Positions 43,220 to 57,078 of a stretch of 64,000 bases of DNA are shown here, piece by piece. The notes beneath the pieces are model-generated. The model saw only the letters and a program-made list of their open reading frames with translations. It had not been told where the DNA came from and searched no databases. The position numbers were made by a program, and so were the translations under genes. Origin of the DNA: Octopus vulgaris (lineage: Eukaryota); the NCBI GenBank assembly GCA_951406725.2, contig OX597819.1, positions 2,418,001-2,482,000 of the forward strand, in the 5' to 3' direction. Within the stretch, counting starts at the first letter, position 1. Every line of letters starts with the position of its first letter.

Positions 43220-45261
43220 GTTTGTTTACAACACATCTTTTTATTTCTTACCTTTTGTGGTTCTCTAAGCAAATAACAGTATCGTCTTTTATGGATTAAA
43301 GAGTAAACTAAAACAATATAATAAGACGGTCTAAAAACCTAGAATGCCTTTATCATCGTATTTCTGCAAACTTCTCTTTATCTATGATGTAGTTCTAATT
43401 CACATCAACGTTGAAATATATCGAGTTTAAAATCTTAAATGTAAGAATATAAATATTGTATGCACAATTCCAGTCTTACTTTACAAATCTGCAGCGTTAA
43501 TTTAAAAATAATATCGCTTTAATGGTTCTGTATATAACATTCCACTTCCGGCTTTGCTCTTAACACATGGAAGATAATATAAATATGATTAATAAAACTT
43601 AGGTTCGCTAGCTTTAAACATATCTACATTGGTGTGTATGTGTGTGTGCGTGTGTGCGTGTATGTACCTCTCTGTGTGTGTATGCACATATATATAGCCC
43701 CCGTGAGAGAGAGAGAGAAATATAAGTGTATGAGTATGTAATATCAATAAACTTAGATTTATCAATTTAAAATTACATTTTTATATACATACGCATACAC
43801 ATGTATATATGCACGAATATAATATATAGACGCATGTATATTCACATACATATATACATTCATATATATACGCACATACACGTGTACTCATGCGTGTATG
43901 CATATGTAACATATGCATATGTACACACATGCGTATCTAAATGGATATAAAATGTGAATCTGCATTACTTGTGGGTGTAGCCCATTACTACTAAAACTTA
44001 GTTTGTGTTCATATATAGAAACTAATTTAGTTACTTGTCTAAGCATTGATCATAGGTGTGCGTAGATGTGATATCTATAGACACTCTTTACAGAATCATT
44101 GTATCTATCTAATGTATGTTCCTAAAAAATCGAACTAAGCGTATTTGCAGTGTAGCTGTGAAATTAGAAATAGTATCAACGCTAATTTAGAAATCATGTT
44201 ATTCTATGTTATCTGTATGAAGTTTCTAATACTCCCAATCATACTACGAGCTATTTTCCTAAGTGGTAACTTATGCTACATATGGTTGATAGACATACAT
44301 ATAACAAGTTAGTTTCATTACGCACGTATCAATAATCTTTTACAGACCATATTCATCAGATGAATAATAATGAGACATAGAATTCTACTACTGCGAATTT
44401 ACTGGATACTGTAGCGGTCTTAGATCGAAATTAAATAGTCAAAATATTAGCACAAAATTGATATTAAAGGTTATGGGAAAGCGTAATGAGGAGGTTGATA
44501 TCTTGAATTTAAAATATGCTTCCTATAACTTTCCTACTCGAGCTCAGATATTTAAATTTGTAGGAAAGAGTTGTAGGAACAGCTACAATACGATCGTAGA
44601 CTAGCAATACATCGATCCCTACTACTTACAGGTATGAAATACTGGAATATACGAAAACGCTGTTGCAACGCATACTAGTTTTAGATATTGCATTGGTATT
44701 TCTATATACAATCAATAAGAAACTGAATTAAACTCAGGCATTCTACGTCTTCTAGCGGAATATATTCTAACTTGAAAATCAAAGAATGTTAAGTTGAAAT
44801 ACATTGGTTATTGATTCAGCCGTCTCTTACCATGGAATAGGCCAAGGATGTTGATTGTATTTACGTGAGTCTGAAAATCGGTACCATTTTAATAAGCGAA
44901 ACGAATAAATCATTAATTGGAGTGGTCTAACTAAATGGTTATTCTGTAACAACATTTCGTAAAATTAATAATTGTCTAACTACTAATAATAAGTTAAACA
45001 TATATTACTATATGTAATCCATCAACGCCTAATGTATAAATACGGGTATTATAAGCTTCCCTAATTTGTGCCTCCTTTACTCTTGCACTTCCTTTTCACA
45101 TTCCACCTGTTTGAATCTTGAAACGAATGTCTCGTATCGAATCATGCACGTCCACTAAGTAATACTGACATATGCAAATTATTCATCATATAACCATGTC
45201 TCAAAGCTCATATCAGTGCGTAATCTGTTAGAAATAGTTAATCAACCTTATTGTGTATATT

Positions 45262-45475
45262 GATTTCAAATTTTGGCAGAAGGCCAACAGTTTCAGGGTA
45301 GGAAATAAGTCGATTACATCGACCCCAGTATTCCGTTGGTTCTTATTTTATCGACCCCTAAAGGATGAAAGGCAAAGTCGAACGCGGTAGAATTTGAACT
45401 TAGAACGTATAGAGGGACAAAATGCCACTAAGCATTTTGCCTGGTGCGGTAACGATTCTGCAAGTTCACCACCTT
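45262..45475 (-). mobile_element. SINE family B with 16-bp target-site duplication
   Basis: TSD ccttattgtgtatatt at 45246-45261 and 45476-45491. Confidence 0.88.
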
Positions 45476-45742
45476 CCTTATTGTGTATATTATAATTATA
45501 ATAGTACTAATATAATTATAATTGTTTTATCGGGCTTTTTGTTTTATGTACAAAGAATTGTTATTATTATGTTAGTATATTAATAAAGCGGTGAGCAGGC
45601 AAAATCGTTAAGGCTAATAAAATCGGGACGCGATAAAATAAATATCCGTTGAACACTAGGATCGACGTAATCGACTAACTCCTTCCCTATAAAATCAATG
45701 GCCTTTTACCAAAATTTGGAACCACTATGTTTATATGATATT

Positions 45743-46180
45743 AAAGTGACGAGCTAGTAGAATGGTTACTGCGTTGGGCAAAATGCTCAGAATTTCTTCC
45801 AGCTCCTTCCGTTCTGAGTTCAAATTCCGCGCTGAAGTTGACTTTGCCTTTCAGCCTTTCGGAAACGATAAAATAGGTACCAGTTGTAATCGACTTAATC
45901 CCTTCCCTCCAAATTTCAGTCCTTGTACCGATAATAGAAAGAATTATTAATGTCATTGTAAAGGTTGCGAGCTAGCAGAATCGTTGGTATGCCAGACAGA
46001 ATACTTGGAAGCATTTAGTCCGTCTTGACTTTCTGAGGTCGAAATTCCGCCCTGGTCGACTTGGCTATTCACCCTTTCCGGGTTACTAAAATACGAACCA
46101 GTTGAGACTGGAGTCGATGCAATCGATTAAACCACACCCCTAACATTTTTCAGACCTTATACCACAAAGTAGAAAGGACT
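45743..46180 (+). mobile_element. Two tandem SINE family B copies
   Basis: Heads aagtgacgagctagtagaat (about 45744) and aaggttgcgagctagcagaat (about 45961), each followed by the shared core. Confidence 0.8.
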
Positions 46181-46421
46181 CTTAATTTCATCATAAGATT
46201 TTTCTTCTCTGTGTAATAATGTTTTGATTTTAAGATTCATAAAATTAGTGAATCTTTGTAGTTTGCCAAAGTATTTTCTGGTGTATTTGTACACAGAGTT
46301 CCGTTGTGGTACCATTTATCACTACAGACCTTTAAATATATCATACTGTCATTTGCATCTAAAATTCCCTGATGACAAGTTCGTATCACTTAACCCTTCG
46401 CTGCACAATATATGTACCCTA

Positions 46422-46794
46422 GAAGGCGGCGAGCTGACAGAAACGTTAGCACGCCGGGCGAAATGCGTAGCCGTATTTCGCCTGCCGTTACGTTCTGAGT
46501 TCAAATTCTGCCAAGGTCGACTTTGCCTTTCTTCCTTTCGGGGTCGATAAATTAAGTACCAGTTACGCACTGGGGTCGATGTAATCGATTTAATCCGTTT
46601 GTCTGTCCTTGTTTGTCCTCTCTGTGTTTAGCCCCTTGTGGGTAGTAAAGAAATAGGTATTTCGTCTGCCGCTACGTTCTGAGTTCAAATTCCGCTGAGG
46701 TCGACTTTACTCTTCATCCTTTAAGGGGTCGATAAATTAAGTACCAGGGCCTCCTCCCCCAAAATTTCGGGCCTTGTGCCTAGAGTAGAAAAGA
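46422..46794 (+). mobile_element. SINE family B with internal duplication and TSD
   Basis: TSD atatgtacccta (46410-46421, 46795-46806). The core gtatttcg.ctgccg.tacgttctgagttcaaattc...gtcgataaattaagtaccag is present twice. Confidence 0.9.
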
Positions 46795-47116
46795 ATATGT
46801 ACCCTAATTTTTCTCTTCTTCTCCATCTTTTTCCTTTGTCACTCGTTTTCCTTTACTCTCATTTCCTTATCCCATTATAGCACCTTCACCTCTGTATTCT
46901 ATTTATAAGTTTCTATTTCATATTTTTATTTAAGTCTTTTTTATTTTATATTTTGTTTGATTATATATTTATTATTTTTTATTTGTATTTTATTTTCTCT
47001 GTATATAATTTTATTTACGTTTTTATATACATATATATCGCGGTCTCTCCTTCACTACTGTCTTATAACCGCTTGTGACTGTAATTATTTCTGCTTTGTT
47101 ACTGCATGGTTCTTTG

Positions 47117-47182
<66 letters not shown>

Positions 47183-47240
47183 ATATACACGCACACATAC
47201 ATAAGAGTAGTATTTTCATCCGGTTTTATATTTTGATTTC

Positions 47241-47293
47241 TTTCATCTGATGAACACGTTCTACAAACGGTTATTGAAACGTGTGTAATGAAA
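47241..47293 (+). ncRNA. Hammerhead-like motif (stem II imperfect)
   Basis: TTTCAT-CTGATGA-acacgttctacaaacggttatt-GAAAC-GTGT-GTA-ATGAAA; perfect 6-bp stem I; near a microsatellite. Confidence 0.5.
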
Positions 47294-47540
47294 TTATATA
47301 TAAACTATATATGGCATTTGTTACCACGTTGTAGCTTGGCTCTGAATTTATACTATTTTATACAAGGCATTACACGAAGTTCCATATCGAAGCCTATGTT
47401 CTGTGATAAATTGACAATATAGAGACAAAAAAAAGGTAGGATGATTAAAGTTTGAAGAAGAAAGAAAAGCAGAGATATTGACGTTAACACAAATGTACCA
47501 CCGCCATCAGTTCTCTCGTATTTCTCCCTCTCTCTGTATT

Positions 47541-47594
<54 letters not shown>

Positions 47595-48213
47595 GTGTTC
47601 CTCTCATTCTCTATCTTTTTGCATTCGATTATTTCAGACGAAGAAAGAAAGAAAGAAAAGAAAGAACGAATGAAATAAAGAATAAATGATTGAATGAAAG
47701 AAAGTGAGACAGCTTCCACAACTAATCTATTTCAATTTTCTTTCTTTCTCCATCTCTCTTGGCAGATAGACGAGTGTAGTTTGAGGGATGTGTCATCATT
47801 AATTCTGAAAATAAATTGAATAAAAATCTTCCCTTGTAAGGTGGCGATTAATAATATATGTTTATATGTTTTACTCTGTTCGTCTTGTAGTTTCTGAATG
47901 GAAAAGAAATATACAAGCAGTTCACATTTTTGTGTGCGTGTGTGTGTGTGTAGTTGGATAGATATAACTGTACGAATGTGTGTATATATATATATACGTC
48001 TATGTACATATATATACGTATATATATGTGTGTATATATACGGAGATACATACATACAAGCGTGATTCCACAAATCTCTTAAACATGTCAATGGTATGTA
48101 TAAAAAACTTTATTATCTTACAATTTTGTTATATTTATATTTGTAGCACTAAATTTGTTATTTTGTTTCAAATGGTTTTATGTGTATATGTGTGCACACG
48201 TGTGTGTGCGTAT

Positions 48214-48356
48214 ATATAAGTATATATATATATATATATATATGCATATATATGTATATCTATAAATATATGTATGTATATATATATATATGTATATATG
48301 TGTATGTATACATATGTATGTGTATATATATATATATATGTGCATATATATATATG

Positions 48357-48394
<38 letters not shown>

Positions 48395-48478
48395 TGTGTA
48401 TATATGTATGTATATATATATATGTATATATGTGTATATATGTATATGTATATGTGTGTATATATATGTGTGTATATG

Positions 48479-48509
<31 letters not shown>

Positions 48510-48542
48510 ATATGCATATATGTATATATGTATGTGTATATG

Positions 48543-48575
<33 letters not shown>

Positions 48576-48643
48576 GTGTGTATATATGTGTACATATATA
48601 TATATATATATATTTATTTATTTATTTATTTATATATATATAT
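48214..48643. repeat. (TA)n/(TATG)n microsatellite
   Basis: Direct reading. Confidence 0.95.
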
Positions 48644-50111
48644 TCGCAAAACGTATCATCAGAAGACGAAAAAATGTTAATTCTCGAGAAAATGGTATAA
48701 TATAATATTATAATATTGCTGTTAAATTATGCAGACATAACTAATTCAGCGGCCCAGGATGGCCCGATGGTCAAATTTGACAGAACGCACGACAGGGCAA
48801 TATAATTTCTACTCTGGAAAACCTCATTTGTGAGTACTCAACGAGTAACTCCTGCGGGGATTGTTAACGAATGTTGCAATAAGGTGTGTAGTAATGTTGT
48901 AGTGAAAAAGTCAGGATAAAATGAGGAATAAAATGAGGAAGGAGAAGACGAGACGCAGATTTAGAAGTGCAAATTGACTTCAGCTACCCACTGTTGTTAT
49001 CCAGTTTATACTAATACTAAAATGACTTTTGAATAATATTGTAAATGTGTGTATGTGTGTGTGTGTGTGAAAATCCGGTCGTGCGAGTTACCCAGACTAA
49101 TGCAATGCCTGATGTCTTGATCGAGTGATGGCGATATGATCTTCTGGTTCGGTTTTTAGTCTCATGATTTGTGCATAGAAGAAATATATCGGATGTTTAC
49201 ATCGAAACACCAGTTACTTAACAGTAGACTAGAACAGGCCTTGATATGTTTACACTTGCATGGGAAAATCTTTAAGAATTTTCATGCAGATATCCTATAC
49301 AAAAAAGGGAAAGGTAGAATGATAGAGGTATATATCGGGACACTATATGGCCTAACGTTCAACTAAATATCATGATTTCATTATCTTAGAATATCTTCCT
49401 TTTTTTGTTTTATAAATCATAGCAACCCATACAGGTATGGAAACTTATGAATAACTTAATAAGTGCACGATCATAAAATATATTGATGGAACGCTATCGA
49501 CGTAACTAAGTTACACATTAACTCTATTCACTCCTTTAACCCTGGGAATTTAACATACATTTAACTCCCAATTTCCGCTCTGCGCTGGCATTAAGTTGAG
49601 GATACCCTAAAATAAACTTTATAGCCATATTGGATTTCAACTTATCTCCTATCACTTCCCTTGGTATCTTAAACTAGCAACATGTAAAGAAATTAACTCA
49701 GTTCGCTTTGAACCACGCTTGTTTGAAGGACCCAGGAGATTATGCTGGTTGTATGGTCAACTGCTTAAATTCTAATCAGCAGAAACACCCTTGGGTCATT
49801 GTAACCAAATAATTATGCTGTATGATCAACAGTAAAATTAAAAGAGAAATTTGATGATCTACCAGTCTCCATACTCTTTTTAATTGTTTGAAATCTACAC
49901 TCCTGATAATAGTCATAATCCAGACTACTGAACCAGGAGTTCGCGTCAGAAGAATTATAGCGTGAGTGCTAACAGTAAGCGATCATTGACGCTTATCGTT
50001 ATTTGATGAGGTTAGCTATAACCTTATGTATATCTGAGAGCTGCCTAGATACAGGCTTGAATAAGTTTATCACTATACACTCACTAATATATATATATAT
50101 GAAAATATATA

Positions 50112-50214
<103 letters not shown>

Positions 50215-51238
50215 ATGTATGTATGTATGCAGAGATAAATGTCATTTGATATACACATTTGCAAAAACGCTGCTAATAGCTTCATGCTCTTAAGTGACAT
50301 TAAATTGGCTGATTCATATAACAAGACTTGTATCTCCAAGCTCAGTTCATACGTTAGATGTATCTAAAAATCAGGACGCTGCACTGTGAGATAACATGAG
50401 AGTAAAACAAGAAGAAAAATAAGCAGTCAGTAAAAATTTCGTACAGCTGCTGTCCCAATATGCCACATCAATAGCCTACTCCCAGATGTAACTGTCGAGA
50501 CCCTGAAGATTGCCCGTTTGATCAGGTGTGTTTGATAAATACAGTTATTTATGAAGCCGAAGTTTCAACAGAGTTCCAAAAGAGCATAATCGAGAAGAAA
50601 AGTTGCATTGGTTTATGCAAAGGCAATTTTAAAAGTCGTTATTCATCACATTGCTAAAAGTAAGACCACTAAGTTGGTTAGCCATGTATGTAATCTGAAG
50701 CCCAAATGCGCACAAAATACAATCAAATCGAGAACGGTGGAGAAATTACGCCATATATAAACGGATGAAAGATCGCATATTCGTTTCAGTTCCAAGGACA
50801 GTAACACACTACTTAAATCCAGGTTCAAAACTTTTAGTAAATTCAAATAAATGGACAGATTTCTTTTGACGAGCTGGAGGACAGCGCCCGCTCTGGATTG
50901 AGTGGCTATCTCACAGACTTTGGCCTCCTTTCTAATATATCATTCTGCACCAGCTTATTTAATTATGGCTTCTACAGTCAAAGAAGACCAAAGATCTTGG
51001 TTTTCTTACTTTTCTTTCCGCTCCACTATTTGCATCACAATTCTTCTTCGCTTTTTTTTCTTCTCAGTTTATTCTTCTCGCTTTTTTTCTCATTCTTTCT
51101 CATATTCCAGCGTCCTGGTTCATAAATACATCTAAGATTACTTGGAGATGCATGGTATGTTTAATAAATCTGTCAATTTAAGGTATATTAAAAGCATGAA
51201 GCTATTAGCAGCAGCTCATTTGTAATTGTGTGTGTGTG

Positions 51239-51287
<49 letters not shown>

Positions 51288-51300
51288 GAGAGAGAGAGAA

Positions 51301-51382
<82 letters not shown>
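51301..51382. repeat. (GATA)n tetranucleotide microsatellite
   Basis: Direct reading. Confidence 0.95.
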
Positions 51383-51751
51383 TTGACTCGCTTCAATCAT
51401 TGAATGCTGGACATGAAGGGTTTAGATAAACAAATTAACACTAGAACTTAGTGTTAAGTCTGGTACATATTGCATCAGTCTCTTTTGAAATTAGGATGTG
51501 AACAAACCAACACAAACAGAGACACACAGACGCACACACACAAACACAGTTTCCATCAGCCAAATTTACTCACAAGGCATTGGTCGACCCGGGGCAATAA
51601 AAGAAAACATTCGGTTAAAGTGCTGCGCAGTGGAACAACGCAAGCCTCTTAATCACACACTCAATTATATATATATATATATATAATTCTGCTTAACCAC
51701 TAGACGAATGATTGGATGTTATGTGTGCGTGTGCGCGCGCGCGTATTGTTA

Positions 51752-52331
51752 TCTATACATATAAACTTGACATGGGCGATTCTTTCTTGTCTTGGGAGTC
51801 ACGGTCAAATGGCTGAGTGGAATTGCGTGAAAAATTACACAGATGTGTAGAACGATCCAGTGGTGTTGCTAGGCTTTGTATTTTTTTATAGCTCCTATCG
51901 TTACCGAGATAATCTACTACAATAATACTCTTGTGTTTATGAATGAGAAAGGAAGGGGTGATCTATGAATAAGGAAGGAAGGGGTGAGCATTTCAACTCT
52001 GTGTGAATATATGTGGATGTAAAAGGGGGAGTATGTGAATGTGAGCGTGTCAGTGTGTGCGCGTGTGTGTGTTTGCGTGTGTGCGCGTGTCAGCGCGCAA
52101 GGGGAGTGGGATGGTTCATCTTTGTTCGCTTAGTATTTGGGTTTTTTTTTTTATTTGGTTCAATCTTCGTTGGATTTTTTTTTGTGAGTTATTTATAGCG
52201 TTTTGGCGGAAAAGAGTCATTCTAAAATTGTTTTTAACGGAAGCGTGTCCAAACAAGTCGAATGCTTACACTGAGAAGGTTTTACAGCCACATCATCCAA
52301 ACCGACCGGGTGAAACCGGGTTTAGCTGCTA

Positions 52332-52332
<1 letters not shown>
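51752..52332 (+). mobile_element. Non-autonomous Helitron (about 580 bp)
   Basis: A|TCTATACATATAAA 5' end; GC-rich subterminal accgggtgaaaccgggt hairpin-like motif; CTAG|T 3' end; no TSD. Confidence 0.7.
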
Positions 52333-52393
<61 letters not shown>

Positions 52394-52849
52394 GGCGTAC
52401 TCTCTCTCTCTTCCATCTTTTCTCTTTTCAAAAAAGATGTTTATCCCAGCGTTCACTAATTTCTTCTCGTTCTAATGACCCTCCATGTTTGTTTTCGTTC
52501 GGTTTCCTTGTATGTCTCCACTGTTATTTTTTATTCCCAACTTTCACCCTCCATAAATCCTAAATTTTATTTTAGAGTTTATGGATGCAACTGTCTTTGA
52601 ATATTGTTGTTGAATGCTTGAAATGAGGAGTAGATAGCCAGCCAACAACTGATGAAGGGTTCTGTGTTGTCCTGTTTTCCATTTTTCTCGTGTTTACGTA
52701 TCTTACTCGTTTTTCCCTCGTTTGTTTACGTATTTAATGCTATTTGCTCCGTCTGTGACGTCCTGTACCCATATATACATATGTGTGGGTATGCATATAT
52801 ATATGCCTGCGTATACATAATAAAGCAGTATCTATTTTTATATTTGCAG

Positions 52850-52906
52850 GCGAAAGATTTTTCATTATTAAAAGATGAAAACCGGGTATTTGTGTTCATA
52901 GATCCA
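52850..52906 (+). CDS. iGluR-family gene, exon 5 (57-nt exon, ATD)
   Basis: tatttgcag acceptor, CCA|gtaagt donor; AKDFSLLKDENRVFVFIDP, continuing FLNQ-A as expected for this ATD segment. Confidence 0.8.
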
Positions 52907-54115
52907 GTAAGTTTTTGTTGTGTTTTGAATTTTCTTAAAAATCCAACTTAACTTTCCACAATTGTTTGCAGTTAGTTACTATCTCTTTCTATGCAGTCAC
53001 AATCAGGATGTTAACTTAACTGCGAAGTTGCTCGGTGGCATCCTTACACTCACGCATTGCAGCTACGATTATATCAGTATAGACTTAACACTAGACATAT
53101 CTACACGCTGCAGGTCTTACTGTCTTGAGATATACTCCTGCCAAGATATGTTTGCTATAGATCGTAACTGGGACAACCGACAACTTTTATTTATGTCAAC
53201 GACTCAGTGTGTAATGAGCAAAATCAACAGATATACAGTAGGGCTACTGTGCATCCTGCCGACAGTTTTATGCCACGTTGCTTCCTCACTGTTTCCTGGT
53301 GGATCTTATCTTAGTCAAGATGTTGTTTAGCACAGAAACAGCACAAACAGCTTTGGAGTGAGCACACAGCCTTGTTTTACTCTATGGGTAACCGGAAGGG
53401 GGCCTACCTCGTGGCAAACATGCTGTCGAAAGCCTCCATAAAGTCAGTGTGCGTGAGTGTGTGTGTATATATGAAATGTGGAATACGTTTTTCTCTGGCA
53501 TTTGTTTAACCCGAAGTCAAATCTGAGGAAAGTTTAGCTGTACATTAATCAGATAGATGCGTACCACTCGCCACTACAGGGTAGAGAAACATTATATGAT
53601 TAAAAAGTATTTCCTAAGATGAGAGTACTGAGTTTTCATCATTCTTTGAACGTATGGAGCTGCTTCAGTACTCGAACTACTACTAGACTCTCCAGTCATC
53701 TTTGTTGGCCTTGTAATTTGTTTTGATTACAGGAAGTATGTAATCGCTAGAGTAAATCCGCCAATACTATGTTATATTCATCTCTAATTTATCCGCACAA
53801 ACCATTGGATATCATACTTCTCTACGGTGGATTCCATGGATGGATTCTTAACATTTTCAAAGGAAAGGTAATGGAAATTTATGTCATTCATGTCTTTTCA
53901 AAGACATATAGGCAAATAATTATTTACATTGCAGAGAAAATGTGAGTTCAAGCATTTACCATACGCATTTATGGTGTAAATGTAGATAAATGACTTTAAT
54001 AACGCAAAAGAAACGTGTCCATAAATTACTTGTAAACAAAATATTTATTTGTCGAACTAATATTGCATTTTCGCCTTTATAAGTTTTCTTTTCTGTTATC
54101 ATTTTGTTTATTTAG

Positions 54116-54346
54116 ACATCTTCTTTTGAACCTCTATCAGGAAATAATTACTTCAAAATGAAATTGTATGCAGTAAAATGTAAGTTATTCACTTTTCGGT
54201 ACATCAAAATGGACAGCTTCGATATGCACCCCCAGAACGCCGTAGCAAAGGATGTAGCGGAAATTACTAGAAGAGCTCTTCTTACTTATGCACCCCACCA
54301 CAAAGGAAATTTTAATACAGCTGAGTTTATGCAAAAGTTGAAATCA
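54116..54346 (+). CDS. iGluR-family gene, exon 6 (ATD)
   Basis: Polypyrimidine tract + tttag, TCA|gtaagt; 231 nt open, ending FMQKLKS. Confidence 0.8.
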
Positions 54347-54894
54347 GTAAGTAAAATTAACCAAAATGTAATTAGATTTGACAGCTTTCTAGTGAATACG
54401 TTTTAGCAAAATGATTTCTCTTCTATGAGACAACAGAAGCTTATAGCTCTTAATCACTGAAAATTCAAATATTCTTATCAATTACTGGGGTTTTAATCGT
54501 TTAGTAACATAAGGTGACTGATTTAGTATCATAGTCAGTCAGACTCAAACCATCTCATGGGGATATAACTCATATTAATATACTTTTTCCCATTTGAAGT
54601 CAAAACTAAGCAGTATACTCCTCATTCTCTCAGCAAAGTTACATGAAAGATCATTTTGTGGCTGCAGCGCGGAAATATTTGTCCATTGGCACAAGAATAT
54701 CAGCAAGAGGCAAAAAGAGGCAATGTCGGCAGCTATACGCTTGTTGCCATCAGCGTCTTTCGCACAAAATTGATAACATAATATTCAGCACAACTGCTAC
54801 CATTATATTAATACACTAGAGTATTAACCATCGTACGACGGACAACACTCTGCTACATTATATATGTGGGTGGGGGTGGGTGTGTGTGTGTATT

Positions 54895-55435
54895 TTTACT
54901 TGTTTCAGTCACCGCGTTGAAGAGTTTTTAGTCGAATGAATCGAACCCAAGGACTTATTTCTGAAGGCTGGTGCTTATCGTTTTCTTTTGCCGAACCGCT
55001 AAGCTACGAGGACATAAACACACCAACACCGGTTCTCAAGCGGTGATGAGAGGACAAACATGCACACACACACACACGCGCATATATATATATATATATA
55101 TATACGACAGGCTTCTTTCAGTTTCCGTCTACCAAATCCACTCACAAGGTTTTGATCGGTTCGTGGCAATAGTAGAAAACATTTATGTAAGGTCCCATGC
55201 AGTGAGACTGAATCTATGGTTGGAAAGCAAGCTTCTTACAACACAAGCACAGACATGGCTGCCTAGTCATAAGTTTGCTTCCCAACCACATGGTTCCGGT
55301 TTCAGTCCTACAGCATGGCACCTCGAGGTGTGTGTGTGTGTGTGCTCACGCAACCTCTTGATAATCAGTGTTGGTTTGTATATGTCCCCGAAAACTAGCA
55401 GTTAGGCATAAGTGCCCGGTGGAATAAGTATCGAT
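54895..55435. mobile_element. Head-to-head pair of SINE family A copies
   Basis: Minus copy at about 54895-55250 (ctttcagtttccgtctaccaaatccactcacaagg); deleted plus copy at about 55255-55435. Confidence 0.75.
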
Positions 55436-55974
55436 CTTTAAGATCTTTAGGATTGTGGGTTTCAAGAGCCACCACCGCTTCTTATCATACACTGCGATTT
55501 CGTGTTACTTTACTAGGTTCCTCTTTGCATATTCCTTGATGTCATCGCTCCAACCTCATTGTTGCTCACGAGTTTGTTTTTTGTCACCCCGCCTTCCACT
55601 CCGTGGATGTAAGCGCTAAAGTTTAGGCCAAAATATTACAGTTTTCACTGGCTAACTATTGTCACCGACATTAATTCCATTCCAACTCCTTTAGGATTGA
55701 ACTAATTGTTCGACGGGCCAACCAGATGATCTACACCGCTCAAATGCCCTCAGTTATTTAACGTTAGTGTCCGTGCTTCACAACTCATACATCGCTGCTT
55801 TAAGCCGATCTCCATCATCTAGGAACTTACTGCAGAGACTTAAGGTGAGCAGTAGTAGCTAGCTGTTACGGTAGAGTAGTACACGAACTTACGAGCTGAT
55901 TAAACCTCAGGTACGGAGTTCGGTAACTGTAAACTGTTTCACTTGTCCACCTTAACCTCTTCTCCGGGGAGGTA

Positions 55975-56040
<66 letters not shown>

Positions 56041-56049
56041 ATAGGTGTG

Positions 56050-56106
<57 letters not shown>

Positions 56107-56107
<1 letters not shown>

Positions 56108-56501
56108 CATATACATGTATTCATGTGTTCATGTGTGTGCGCGCGCGTGTGTGCGTGCGTGTGTGTGCGCGTATGGTGTTAAAATTTTAAAAGTTTGCGT
56201 GACATGAAATGAATGATTTTTGACGGTGGACGTCGACGATTAAAACTCCTTGAATGGACAGCTTTCGAATTTTCCAACCAAGGCTTTTTTAAATCCACAA
56301 TTTACACGCTCTTGTTTATAGCTTTATCTAATTTGAGTTCCATTGATAAAAGGATATATATATATATATATATATATAGTTAATCAAAAAATAACAGAAA
56401 AACACAAGAAAAAATTATTAACGCGAGTGCGTGGTACATGCAAAGTATATGACGCTCAGGGAAGGAAAGAAAGAGTGTTTTATGCTTCGAGCAAAGTTCT
56501 T

Positions 56502-56568
<67 letters not shown>

Positions 56569-56793
56569 TTTTAGCAATGGAACTCAAATTAGATAAAGCT
56601 ATAAACAAGAGCGTGTAAATTGTGGGTTTAAAAAAGCCTTGGTTGGAAAATTCGAAAGCTGTCCATTCAAGGAAGTTTTAATCGTCGACGTCCACCGTCA
56701 AAAGTCATTCATTTCATGTCACGCAAACTTTTAAAATTCTAACACCATACGCGCGCACACACACACACACACATGAATACATGTATATGTATA
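56107..56793. repeat. Long inverted repeat (about 190-bp unique core per arm, about 210-bp spacer) in intron 6
   Basis: 56167-56355 is the reverse complement of 56565-56754 with few mismatches; similarity continues into the flanking microsatellite. Confidence 0.92.
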
Positions 56794-56798
56794 TGTAC

Positions 56799-56836
<38 letters not shown>

Positions 56837-56973
56837 CAAAATAATGTCATTACGTTCTTCTAAGAGATGTATTTGTACGAAGCATAGCAAAAAATATGGT
56901 GCATTTGTATAAATCATACTCTATGATAGCCCTTCGAGACATTAGGATTAATATTTGAAGTTCTTTCCGTCAG

Positions 56974-57078
56974 GTGGTGATTGAAGATGGTAAAACAGGA
57001 TGGATTGCTTTTAACGCCACTGGTGAGCGGAAAAACTATTCCTTACATCTGTACCAACATAGTCAAGATAACAAGGCG
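56974..57078 (+). CDS. iGluR-family gene, exon 7 (end of ATD)
   Basis: ttccgtcag acceptor; DGKTGWIAFNATGERKNYSL matches the conserved G.TG.I.F...G.R.NY motif; donor gtaaat. Confidence 0.9.

Noticed and set aside
48640-48670. Minus-strand CTGATGA...GCGAA motif
   Set aside because: Runs into (TA)n before stem III; too short to call.
52640-52680. ctgatgaaggg resembling a hammerhead 5' box
   Set aside because: No downstream stem II or GAAA found.
52962-53330. 122-aa ORF after exon 5
   Set aside because: Exons 5 and 6 join in frame without it, and it has no recognisable motif.
54815-54852. actag followed by short palindrome tcgtacga
   Set aside because: Possible Helitron 3' scrap, but no body or 5' end seen.
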